Source of the DNA: Macrostomum lignano
Taxonomy: Eukaryota
Direction of reading: 5' to 3'
Assembly: GCA_002269645.1 (NCBI GenBank)
Contig: NIVC01001511.1
Coordinates: 298,151 to 362,150 of the forward strand
DNA length: 64,000 nt
Shown: piece after piece, positions 24,128 to 35,343 of the stretch
Numbering within the stretch: the stretch's first letter is position 1
Layout of the letters: each line of letters opens with the position of its first letter
The notes under the pieces: generated by a model
Seen by the model: the letters and a program-made list of their open reading frames with translations, nothing else
Database searches by the model: none
Told to the model about the DNA's origin: nothing
Program-made: the position numbers and the translations under genes

Positions 24128-24427
24128 ATGGCGCTGATAAGCGAGTTGAGCCACGAAGACCACAGCGAGGTTAAAGAACTGGAACGATTTATTAAGTTTA
24201 TCAGCGACTTTAGCAACAATGAGGACACCATCGCGGGAGTAGAGCTGCCAGATCTTCCGCTGTCTGAGAATACGAGCGCCTCGACAGACGGTGCCAGCGT
24301 GAGTGTCGTTGACAAGATGGAGTTGGATTCTCTCCCTAGAACTACGCGAGATCGAATGCTACAGCATGGAGAGAAGTTTGCGAGCTATATGAACTACATG
24401 ACCGAGGCGAAGCCGAACAGAGAGTAG
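24128..24427 (+). mobile_element. Possible Crypton N-terminal fragment 5
   Basis: Acidic leader followed by LDSLPRTTRDRM..GEKFASY, resembling the P.NT..K..W..F N-terminal box of the neighbouring YRs; no catalytic motifs. Confidence 0.35.
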
Positions 24428-24994
24428 TTTTTCTAAATATAGTCGAGTAAACTATCTAGGGTATTTATTATCTACGCTCTAAACTAAGTTTACAGACTTT
24501 ACTGCGTTATATTTTGGCAGTTATTTCGTCTTTCTGTTGTCAATAGTTTATTTTAGTTCCAGTTATGCATCTTTGGCACCAATTTGATTTTATCTGTAGC
24601 TAGCTATATCCTATATATATAAAAAATTGGATGCCTTTGCGAAAAAAGCTTCCATATATTAGAGATAGCAGAATCGGTCAGAAATCTAACTTACTTTAAT
24701 TAACTTATCTGGGCATCGCACCGTCGAATCTGCAAGCTGGCTTCTGTTAAGCTGGATATATAATTAGCTCATATGTAAGAACTTTCGCTTTTTGCAGTCA
24801 ATTTTCCACTCGGGGCTTTCAAAGGGGGACACGGAGACTGTGGCTTCCACTAGTCAAAGTAGTCTATGGCCAGAACCAAACCGGCTAGAAGTCGCGATCA
24901 GTTTTCCACGCCCTGTGGGCAGAGGGCTCCATGGACAAAAGGGCTTTTGTCTATGGCCATTGGCCAAGCTATACTGAGACTATTCAGTGCAGAA

Positions 24995-26167
24995 CATGGA
25001 TGAAGGAATACACTGGATTATGGGTAGGCTGCCTGGGTTGAAACGCAATTGAAAGGCTCTACATTTGTCCGCCGTCACTGTCTATGGTCAAAGCAAATCT
25101 GCTCACGACTGATTTAAGCATGGGTAAAATTGGATAACTTTTCGTCTCAGTATATTTCACAGCGAGAGCAAACACAACATGAATGAAACACGAAATAAAC
25201 GAAAGAATTCAGTAAATAACGTGGTTAACGTGGTTGGATAGTTCATCAATAGTTACCTCAAATACATGGTCGTAGTTAGAAACTGCAATCCACGACACAT
25301 CTGTCTAGCGTGGTGTAATGTTGAATGTGCTTGGATTGGACAATTCTGCGTCAATCAACTGCTGCTGTCTTACGCTCAGACCAGTCCACTGACTAACTTC
25401 TTCACCAGGATCACGATGTCCAAGTTGCTGCAGAAACGCAATCTCATTCATTTCTAAACCGCTAATATCTTCCTCTAGTATTGATTCCCAGTGAAACATG
25501 GCTAGTTCCGAACCTTTAAAGCTGTTTAAATCTTTTTTTTCTCTCCCACCCACCAGGAGAAGAATGCTTCAAACTCTATTTGGGTTTCAACCATAGACAG
25601 TCTCCGCGGACTGCGAAACCGCCACTAAGCATATAGCTAAAGCTTTTTCAACCATAGACAGTTTCTGTGGACGTGAAACCGCGTTGTGCGTCCGCGCTTC
25701 AGCCTACCCATAACACTAATATGGACTGGCTGTTCGGACTGAAATGAACTGAAAAGCCTCGGCGCTACGCACCTCGGCGTTTAGTTCATTTCAGTCCTCA
25801 ACAGCCAGTCTATATTAATATATTGCTCATCTGAAATAGTTTATGGTCGAGTTCTTTCCTCCAAACTTGGAATTTACCCCCTAGTAATCTATTGGCTGAC
25901 GAAAGTTAAAAATAATCCCCCGTAGCACTTGATTGGCTGCTGAATCAGTCAGGGGGAATTCGAAGATCGGGGTGTGAGTTCGACTTTGAGTGTTTTCATA
26001 GAATAGAATAGAATAGAGAATAGTGTTTTCAAGTCCTATGGGGGATTATTTTTAACTTTCATCAGCCAATAGATTCCTAGGGGGGGGGGGTAAATTCCAA
26101 GTTTGGAGGAAAGAACTCGACCATAGACTATTTCAGATGAGCAATCCAGTGTATTCCTTCATCCATG
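24995..26167. mobile_element. TIR element whose right TIR is split by two nested MITEs
   Basis: Left TIR CATGGATGAAGGAATACACTGGATTATGGGTAGGCTG (24995-25031); its inverse = 25700-25713 + 26145-26167. Nested: 101-bp palindrome 25717-25817 and 324-bp MITE 25822-26145 (~100-bp TIRs). Confidence 0.8.
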
Positions 26168-27292
26168 GTGCAGAAGCTTTTGTGAGAGAGGTTACAGACA
26201 GGCAAACTCTAAACTGAAGCGAGACCACAAATATCCTTTCTATTTTCACGACTTATTGACAGAAGCTTGTCTAGCAATGTGACGATCATTATTCGCATTT
26301 TTATGCAGAAAAATGCATTACTACAAACAATTAATTGTTTCGTCCCACTCGTAAATTCGTACAAACAATGCATCTGCATTTTCACAAACAGCAAAACAAT
26401 GCAGAATCAGCGGTCGCAGCACGTAACAACGAATTGTCAACAAACGGACCGCTGGATATTTACATGTATCCATTTTCAGCTCTCCGGTGGCAGAAGTGCA
26501 GTGCTATTGTTACATTATTTGCGGTTTGGCAGCACAGTACATTGTAGGACTTGCCAAGATCTTTTGGCTTTAAATATACGAGTGGAAAATTGATTGCCTA
26601 AGTTGGAAAACTGAATGCGCCTTCTAGCTATTTTGGTTTGGGCATAGCTACATGTGCAGTAGAATACTTTGACTTGGCGGAGCCAGCCACATTGTGAAGA
26701 ACATCGTGCACTCGTGCCATACCCGTGCAGGAATCATTCAGTCTCCGTGTCCACTTTTGAAAGCCCCAAGAGGAAAATTGTCTGCAAAAAGCGATATTTA
26801 GTTGATAAACAAGTCAGTGTCACGATGGGCTGACACCAATCTATGGCCTGAATTCTGCCACGTGATGCATTGTGCAAGCGCTACTGTTGGGTGAGCTACT
26901 GCTACTGCTAGTTGCTTAGCTTTATGAAATCGGCCCCTGGCTAGGGCGTTCTCATTTCAGATCAACAGATTTAACCATAGACAAAAGTTGTTCGTGTCAC
27001 TGAGTCGTTGGGCTACTGAACAAAGCAAGGCATTGGATAAATAATCAGCGGTCCCAGTGCGTGACAACGATGTGCGTGACTACCTGGCGAGCGCCGGTAG
27101 GCGCGAGCCATAGACAAATCGTTGTCACGTGCTGCGACCGCTGATTCTTTACATTGTTTTTCTGTTTGACGATCCTACAGACAATGCATTTTTTTGTAGT
27201 AATAGATTGTTCTGCATTAAAAATGTGAATAATGATCGGCAAATTTCTAAACAATGATGAATGAAACCATAGATTGGGTTTAAACCAAAGAC

Positions 27293-28714
27293 AGTATCAC
27301 TATATTAGGTCAGTATCACTATATCGGTGTCAGTGTCACTATATCGGTGTCAGTGTCACTATATCGGTGTCAGTGTCACTATATCGGTGTCAGTGTCACT
27401 ATATCGGTGTCAGTGTCACTATATCGGTGTCAGTGTCACTATATCGGTGTCAGTATCACTACATCGGTGTCAGTATCACTATATGGGTGTCAGTATCACT
27501 GTATCGGTGTCAACATCACTATATCGGTGTCAGTGTCACATCGGTGTTAGTGTCACTACATCGGTGTCAGTATCACTACATCGGTGTCAGTATCACTATA
27601 TGGGTGTCAGTATCACTGTATCGGTGTCAACATCACTATATCGGTGTCAGTGTCACATCGGTGTCAGTGTCACTATATCGGTGTCAGTGTCACATCGGTG
27701 TTAGTGTCACTACATCGGTGTCAGTATCACTATATCGGTGTCAGTGTCACTATATCGGTGTCAGTGTCACTATATCGGTGTCAGTGTCACATCGGTGTCA
27801 GTGTCACTATATCGGTGTCAGTGTCACTATATCGGTGTCAGTATCACTACATCGGTGTCAGTATCACTATATGGGTGTCAGTATCACTGTATCGGTGTCA
27901 ACATCACTATATCGGTGTCAGTGTCACATCGGTGTTAGTGTCACTACATCGGTGTCAGTATCACTACATCGGTGTCAGTATCACTATATGGGTGTCAGTA
28001 TCACTGTATCGGTGTCAACATCACTATATCGGTGTCAGTGTCACATCGGTGTCAGTGTCACTATATCGGTGTCAGTGTCACATCGGTGTTAGTGTCACTA
28101 CATCGGTGTCAGTATCACTATATCGGTGTCAGTGTCACTATATCGGTGTCAGTGTCACTATATCGGTGTCAGTGTCACATCGGTGTCAGTGTCACTATAT
28201 CGGTGTCAGTGTCACTATATCGGTGTCAGTATCACTACATCGGTGTCAGTATCACTACATCGGTGTCAGTATCACTACATCGGTGTCAGTATCACTGTAT
28301 GGGTGTCAGTATCACTATATCGGTGTCAGTGTCACTATATCGGTGTCAGTGTCACTATATCGGTGTCAGTATCACTACATCGGTGTCAGTATCACTACAT
28401 CGGTGTCAGTATCACTGTATGGGTGTCAGTATCACTGTATCGGTGTCAACATCACTATATCGGTGTCAGTGTCACATCGGTGTTAGTGTCACTACATCGG
28501 TGTCAGTGTCACATCGGTGTCAGTATCACATCGGTGTCAGTGTCACATCGGTGTCAGTGTCACATCGGTGTCAGTGTCACTACATCGGTGTCAGTGTCAC
28601 TACATCGGTGTCAGTATCACTATATGGGTGTCAGTATCACTGTATCGGTGTCAACATCACTATATCGGTGTCAGTGTCACTATATCGGTGTCAGTGTCAC
28701 TATATCGGTGTCAG
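27293..28714. repeat. 20-bp minisatellite (CACTATATCGGTGTCAGTGT) with 15/18-bp variants
   Basis: Tandem array; the Cys/His/Val-rich ORFs over it are repeat artefacts. Confidence 0.95.
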
Positions 28715-29089
28715 CATCAATATCTGTATCGCTGTCTGTATCGCTGTCGATGTTGTCGTCTATCATTCATGTTCATGTTTACGAGCTATGATATCCATCG
28801 TTCAGTTCTTTGAGGGCCTTTCTGCTTCAAAAGATGGCAATACATATACACATGTACATGTCAGAAAAAACACCCAATAGAGGGAAGAAAAAGTTGGTCG
28901 AATAGTTTAGAATGTTTCGCTAAATCGATATTACTTAACAATTTAGCTCTTTCAGGCTGATTTTAATTATTTGACAGTTCACATTGAAATCGAGTTTCAA
29001 AGCAGGCCTAAAGGAGTTTGATCAGAAAACTCAATCTCTTCGTCAAGTTCGGATTGGATTCAAAAGTACATCTGTCTTCAGCTCGACCC

Positions 29090-31537
29090 TCAGGACAGGC
29101 ATAGCGGCGCGGTGGACGATCCGACCAGCTCCACGGTCGCTCGACCGTTCGAGTCCGAGTTCGCTCCACTTGTCTTCACGATGTTCTTCGCCTCTGCCGC
29201 CACAAAGCTGCCGCCGCCGCCGCCGCCGCCACCCTTCTTGCCTCCACCGCCGCCGCCTCCAGAGAAGCCGCCACCTCCACCGCCACCAGATTTCTTTTTG
29301 CCGCCTCCGCCTCCACCGCCGCCGTAGCCGCCAAACGAGAAGTCTTCGTCACCGTTGCCTCCGCTCCAACCTTTGCCAAAACTCTCTCCGCCGAAACCAC
29401 TATCTTTACCGGACCCGTCTTGGCCTGCCGACTTCCAGCCGGCGCCGGCACCGCCGTTTTCTTTTCCGGAAGTGCTCGCATGGCCGCCGTGGCCGCCTGT
29501 GCCGCCAGCACCGGCATCATCGCCGCCGCCGCTGGTCCCCGCCTCGGCGCTGCTCCCGTCAATTCCATTGCAGACGTCTTCTTTGGATTCGCTGCCGCCA
29601 CCTCCGCCCCCGCCGGCCGCCACCAGTGGCAGCGCCGTAGATATGTCGATGCCGCTGACATAGACGAAGGTGCCGCCACCGCCACCAGCTGAGTCATGGT
29701 CCTTTGGTGCGTCGCCGCCTGCTTTGCCAACGATAATCGCCAGGGTGATGCCTGCGGTCAGTTTGAAGTGTCCGGATGCGTGGGCGCCCCTACCGCCAGG
29801 TTTGCCGCCGTCGACATTGCCGCCTCGGGCGCCCCAGGCGCTGATCTTGTAGCAGCCGGTTGTGACGATGGCGTGGGTCAAGATAGAGCCAACCTGATTG
29901 CTTCCAATTAGCGGGGCTGCAATGAAATCGTTGGGTACATTTTTTTCAAAAAGCATATTACGAGCGTACGAAGAATAATATTTCTGGTTTTGGTTGAAAC
30001 AAATAAATGAAGCCTCACCGGTCAAAGCCTGTTTGGCAGCAGTCGTAGTTGTTGTTGGAGTCGTGGTTGTTGTTGTTGGAGTCGTGGTTGTTGTTGTTGG
30101 AGTCGTAGTAGTCGTCGTTGGAGTCTTGGTTGTTGCTGGAGTCGTGGTTGTTGTTGTTGGAGTCGTGGTTGTTGTTGTTGGAGTCGTGGTCGTTGTTGTT
30201 GGAGTCGTAGTAGTAGTCGTTGGAGTCGTGGTTGTTGTTGGAGTCGTGGTTGTTGTTGGAGTCGTGGTTGTTGTTGTTGGAGTCGTGGTTGTTGTTGTTG
30301 GAGTCGCGGTTGTTGTTGTTGGAGTCGTAGTAGTCGTCGTTGGAGTCGTGGTTGTTGTTGGAGTCGTGGTTGTTGTTGGAGTCGAGGTTGTTGTTGTTGG
30401 AGTCGTGGTTGTTGTTGTTGGAGTCGTGGTTGTTGTTGTTGGAGTCGTGGTTGTTGTTATTGTTGGAGTCGTGGTTGTTGTTGTTGGAGTCGTGGTTGTT
30501 GTTGTTGGAGTCGTGGTTGTTGTTGTTGGAGTCGTGGTTGTTGTTGTTGGAGTCGAGGTTGTTGTTGTTGGAGTCGTGGTTGTTGTTGTTGGAGTCGTGA
30601 TTGTTGTTGTTGGAGTCGTGGTTGTTGTTACTGTTGGAGTCGCGGTTGTTGTTGTTGGAGTCGCAGTTGTTGTTGTTGGAGTCGTGGTTGTTGTTGTTGG
30701 AGTCGTAGTAGTCGTCGTTGGAGTCGTGGTTGTTGTTGGAGTCGTGGTTGTTGTTGTTGGAGTCGTGGTTGTTGTTGTTGGAGTCGAGGTTGTTGTTGTT
30801 GGAGTCGTAGTAGTCGTCGTTGGAGTCTTGGTTGTTGTTGGAGTCGTGGTTGTTGTTGTTGGAGTCGTGGTTGTTGTTATTGTTGGAGACGCGGTTGTTG
30901 TTGTTGGAGTCGTGGTTGTTGTTGTTGGAGTCGTGGTTGTTGTTGTTGGAGTCGTGGTTGTTGTTGTTGGAGTCGTGGTTGTTGTTATTGTTGGAGTCGC
31001 AGTTGTTGTTGTTGGAGTCGTGGTTGTTGTTGTTGGAGTCGTGGTTGTCGTTGGTGGAGTCGTGGTTGTTGTTGTTGGAGTCGTATTGGTTGTTGTTGCC
31101 GTTTGAGTCGTGGTTGTCGTTGTCAGAGATGTTGTTGTCGTGTCTGCGGTTTCTCCGCAAGCAGGTCTGTTGTCCAACAGCTGCGTCAGACAGCTGGAGC
31201 CCGAACTCGACCTCCATTTGTTGGCAAGGTCACACGAGGAGCCGAGTACGCACTTTCCGGTGCTCAACGTCAAGGAGGTGATTTTTTCGCCCGGATGCAG
31301 CAACTGGAACACGGAGCATCTCATCGGCCCGATCGCGGCGCATTCAACTGCGCATATCCGATGATCCGTGACCCCAGAGATCTCTTTAAACGTGGCATTA
31401 TTCGAAGCGCCGGTCGACAAAGGCAGCTCGATAGCGCAGAGGTTGCCCGTCGGAACCGTGAAGGAAACGCAGTCGACATTCTGGCAGGAGCAGGCGGACA
31501 GAAAGGCGAGGAGTGCAACAGTGACGGCTGCACTCAT
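29090..31537 (-). CDS. Secreted protein: signal peptide + PAN/Apple-like domain + Thr-rich mucin repeat + ALK/LTK-like glycine-rich domain (815 aa, single exon)
   Basis: MSAAVTVALLAFLSACSC leader; CAVECAAIG..CSVFQL..CVL PAN-like Cys pattern; ~360 aa of PTTTTTT repeats; YKISAWGARGG..GGRGA..LAIIVGKAGG..GGGGGTFV..PLVAAGGGGG matches the ALK/LTK-type Gly-rich domain; no TM segment. Confidence 0.85.
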   Translation of the reverse strand: MSAAVTVALLAFLSACSCQNVDCVSFTVPTGNLCAIELPLSTGASNNATFKEISGVTDHRICAVECAAIGPMRCSVFQLLHPGEKITSLTLSTGKCVLGSSCDLANKWRSSSGSSCLTQLLDNRPACGETADTTTTSLTTTTTTQTATTTNTTPTTTTTTPPTTTTTPTTTTTTPTTTTATPTITTTTTPTTTTTTPTTTTTTPTTTTTTPTTTTASPTITTTTTPTTTTTTPTTTKTPTTTTTTPTTTTSTPTTTTTTPTTTTTTPTTTTTPTTTTTTPTTTTTTPTTTTATPTTTTATPTVTTTTTPTTTITTPTTTTTTPTTTTSTPTTTTTTPTTTTTTPTTTTTTPTTTTTTPTITTTTTPTTTTTTPTTTTTTPTTTTSTPTTTTTPTTTTTPTTTTTTPTTTTATPTTTTTTPTTTTTTPTTTTTPTTTTTPTTTTTTPTTTTTTPTTTTTTPTTTTTTPATTKTPTTTTTTPTTTTTTPTTTTTTPTTTTTAAKQALTGEASFICFNQNQKYYSSYARNMLFEKNVPNDFIAAPLIGSNQVGSILTHAIVTTGCYKISAWGARGGNVDGGKPGGRGAHASGHFKLTAGITLAIIVGKAGGDAPKDHDSAGGGGGTFVYVSGIDISTALPLVAAGGGGGGGSESKEDVCNGIDGSSAEAGTSGGGDDAGAGGTGGHGGHASTSGKENGGAGAGWKSAGQDGSGKDSGFGGESFGKGWSGGNGDEDFSFGGYGGGGGGGGKKKSGGGGGGGFSGGGGGGGKKGGGGGGGGSFVAAEAKNIVKTSGANSDSNGRATVELVGSSTAPLCLS

Positions 31538-31940
31538 GATGCCGATCGGCTTGTCGTCTCCAGTGATCTAGATTCTCACAGTGAATAATTTTTATTTTTA
31601 TTCCAGAATAATGAAGCTACTCACTTCTGTTTGCTTGTCAGGTTTGGAGCAGAGAAGCTGCAAGCAAACGCTTTGCCGCCCGTTGCCAATAGAAACTCGT
31701 GTCAAGCTCCACAAGTGGTTGGGGCGATGGGGTGGGCATCTGCAAACCAAACCATGTGATTGCATTGTCAGTGGCGTGAGAGAAAATTTTTTGGCTATAT
31801 TTACCTGAAATTAGACATGCTTCGATGGAAAAGCGACGCCTGGAATGGCTGAACTTCCATGTTTACCTGAAATTAGGCCTGCTTCGCTGGAAACAGAGAC
31901 GCCTGGAATGGCTTAGCTTAAGCCTGCTGAAGCAAAAAAG

Positions 31941-32190
31941 CAGGACTAGGATATGCCATTCTTCCCTCTCTTTGAGACAATGGTAATGCAAGAATGAATA
32001 CTGGGGCTCTTGAGAATAATTAGGAAATTTCTTCTTGGCATGCGGCATACCTACCAGCCCAAAAAACAGGACAATAGCCATTCCCCATCTCTTCCTGACA
32101 ATGGGAATGAGAAAATGAATACTGAGGCTCTTGAGAATAATTAGGTGTTTTTCCTCCTGGTATATGTCGTATCCACCACCCAATCTGGAC
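31941..32190. mobile_element. Two tandem left arms (~126-bp period) of the MITE family found complete at 39514-39791
   Basis: Shared CCATTCCCCATCTCTTCC..ATGAATACTGAGGCTCTTGAGAATAA. Confidence 0.65.
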
Positions 32191-33799
32191 TAAGCTCATT
32201 TCCTTCAATTTTATACTGAGAAAAATTATCGTGGCGCCCGGTATAATGCTGCATGCATCCGTGACGTCTACCTGAAGGGGATGTCCCCGTTTGCTACCTT
32301 AATCAAAAGAGTGACCAGCGATGGCTAATTCTGCCGCCCTGTTCAGATAGAGACTGAACCGGTGCGTGAGGTCGCGTCACAAATCACGACCCAGTCCGTC
32401 CCACCCAAACCAATCACAGAAATAAACGTAAAGACACGCACGGAGCTTACTTCTCGTTGAAATACAAACGCAGCCCTGACATCCTCACAGCCCATGCAAC
32501 CAAATCATCAGGAAAATAAATAGGCTAAGAGCGCACAAGGGGGGGGGGGTAGAGAAAGAGGTGGCAGCCAATCGCGTCGCGTGGGTGAGATAGAAAGGGG
32601 CGAGATAATAAACGCGACGCGGGTGGGGAGCAGCCTATGCGGGTGAGAGAGGGAGGGGGTGGGTGCGATATCGGGCGCACCGGATTGCCAGCCCAAGGAC
32701 GGCTAGCAGTGCAAGTGCACGGCGACACAATAATGATCAGCCCCGTTCTATAAAGCCATTGTAAGATAAGATTGTTTTTAGCCCCTATCTCTTTAGCCCC
32801 TATATTTAGCCCCTATAAACAACAATATTATTTCACGTTCTCGAATAACAGGATTGTTGACGATTTAAGATTGATACCTGACACGGGAAAAGTCGGAATG
32901 CTTTCGAACCTATATGCGCATCCTTTCGAGGACTTTGCTAGCAGAACTAGACTGCTAATTTATCTGTAGCCGTCAGAATGACTGAGAAAGTACATATGTA
33001 CGTGTTTCTTTGGCCAAGGAAACAAGTTAAAATTGCTTTTGGCATATGAATAATTTCCTAAATATTCTAAAATATTCCATTTTGCCACTGAATTCTTCCA
33101 AACTGCAAAAAATTTCGTCCATTAGTTTGCTTTCCTAGAAATGGGAGCTAAATTTAGATCATGTCATAGGACAGCTGTATGCGTTCACGCAATGTGTTTC
33201 AGCCAGTATGCAAAACATTTCTTCCATTTAGACTCCAAACATACATGTATAATACACTGTTTGCTTCGCGCTGTTTCCTGTCAACTAAAGTCTCCGGCCG
33301 TTTTTGAAAAATTGACTGAGACTGCCTAGGATGAATTGCTAGCAGATTTCTTGCAGGCAAATCTCGTGCTCCCCGTTGTTTTGCATGTATAGCTGCAGGT
33401 AGATCTGACATACAAAGTATTATATACCTTTTTGTGCTCATTTGGTGAAATCTGCGTTCAATTTGGTGCGAATTCGCCAGCAGGCTGACGTTGTCAGCCA
33501 CTTAATTAGGGTTTGCCCATAGACTAAGCAGAAAGAAAAAAGCAGAAATTTCGAAATAGCTGCGTTCAATTTGGTCTGCATGCCCAAGAATAGCTCGTAC
33601 ATGTATCTGTACAAAGGAATTGAGACATGGCACATAGAGGCTCTTATTCCAAAATCAGCTTTGTAGATCGTAAGAGAATTGTGAGCTAGCCCAAATAGAA
33701 CAGAGTTAAGAGCGTAGATATTAAATACCCTAGATGGTTCACTCGACTCTACTGTATTTAGCAAAGCTACTGTGTTCGCTAGTAGTATGAGCGTAAAAA

Positions 33800-34130
33800 G
33801 CAACATTTATTTATTCAACAGAGCTTGCTTTCCACCTCAACAGCTGGGATTTTTTTCACTTACTGTACTGATGACCTCTTCCGTCTACCAGATCTTAAAA
33901 GCAGTCGGCACCGATAAGAATGGATCTGCATGGTATTACGAGCATCCCGTCGGTCAAATGGATCAGCCAAATCGAACCTCTGAATCTCCGGTGTGCATCC
34001 AGTATAACAAAACTTGAGGAGTTACAGATCTGCGTCGTCGTGTATCCTCGCAGCGCAGACAGTGGAAATACCGTTCACCGATGCTACTGCACTGAAAGAC
34101 ACAAGAGCAGACGAAGACACGGCGAAGACA
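33800..34130 (+). mobile_element. Possible highly degenerate Gypsy RT-thumb/RNase H remnant
   Basis: Scattered frame pieces SQIEPLNL, QNLRS..SSCILA and PFTDAT loosely match AEPL..L / LK..L.SAPILA / PF..TDAS. Confidence 0.3.
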
Positions 34131-35245
34131 CGGCGTTTTCAAATGCTAGTAGCTTGTAGCTGTGTGTTGTATAACCACGTTTTGGTCGCGGGATCATGTG
34201 GGGAAATTTTTCGAGATATCCCAGATCCCTTTGACCCACTGGGCAGAGCTGTAGAGACTTAGTCGGGTCCCTGACCAGGCCAACTGACTCCCGCTCTGTT
34301 GCGACCCCCTGCTGTCTCTGTTCTGTCTCCCACTCAGCCACACGTGCCTTTCCGGAGCCCCTAGCTTTTTCACACCTTGCCCGCCTCCCCATTTCTCATG
34401 TTTCTCATCCCATTCTCATATTTTTATCATGTTTTAGCACGTTTTTCTTGCGCTGTCCCCTCCTCATCCCGTGCCTACTTAGAGTATTGTTTGTGCTCGA
34501 TCATCACCCCATCTCCCTTTAGGATTCCAAACGGTGGCGCAAGACTACCGACCCTACCTCACCCCGATGACTCATCACCCTCCTCTTGTCCAACCTTTCT
34601 CATGCTATTGTTCTCTTCCCAGGATTTCTCATGTGACACCCACCCCTCGCTTTGTTCTCGCTTTTGATTCTTTTGTTCTCCTCTTCGCACCCAATTAGCA
34701 CCTTTTTCCCAATGTTTGCTTTTCTATTGTTCTCGATTCTCCCCAATAATCCACGATTTCCATTTCCTTTGTTCTCGATTTAGAACCTATTGTTCTCCAT
34801 GTTTGCTTGCGCAACACTTATTCGACCCCCCACTGTGCTCATTTTCCCACCAACCCTCCTCCGAATTGCGCAATTCTCCCATTTCTCATGTTTCTATGCC
34901 GTTCTCATATTTCTCAAAATGACTCATTCTGACGTCATCTTCCCGGCGGCCAATCAGAGAGAGGGAGTCACGGAAACAACCTTGGAGCGGCGGCCATGAT
35001 GGATCTGAGGACTATCTAAGGAAGTGATTTTCGGCGTGAGAATCGGCAACCTTCCTTCCTGTCCCCTGTCCTCCCCCTTTCCTTCCTCTTGGAAGAAGCT
35101 GCTCTTCTCGTCCTATCTTTGGACTTGCCGTCAGACGCCGAGCTGGCCCTGATTTGTCTATAAGACGAAGCCCTGCCGGCCCGCGATCCGATACGCTTCA
35201 CTACCTGCCTGTCCGCAGTCTACAGCCACCCTCGGTCACTCCATC

Positions 35246-35259
35246 GCTCTCTCTCTCTC

Positions 35260-35329
<70 letters not shown>

Positions 35330-35343
35330 CCTCTCTCTCTCTC
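35246..35343. repeat. (CT)n microsatellite
   Basis: Direct reading. Confidence 0.97.

Noticed and set aside
27274-28880. Long Cys/His/Tyr-rich ORFs resembling metal-binding proteins
   Set aside because: They are translations of a 20-bp minisatellite open in several frames.
29994-31281. Val-rich, Leu-rich and Asn/Asp-rich ORFs over the mucin repeat
   Set aside because: Antisense or alternative frames of the PTTTTTT repeat; only the 815-aa frame has a signal peptide and flanking domains.
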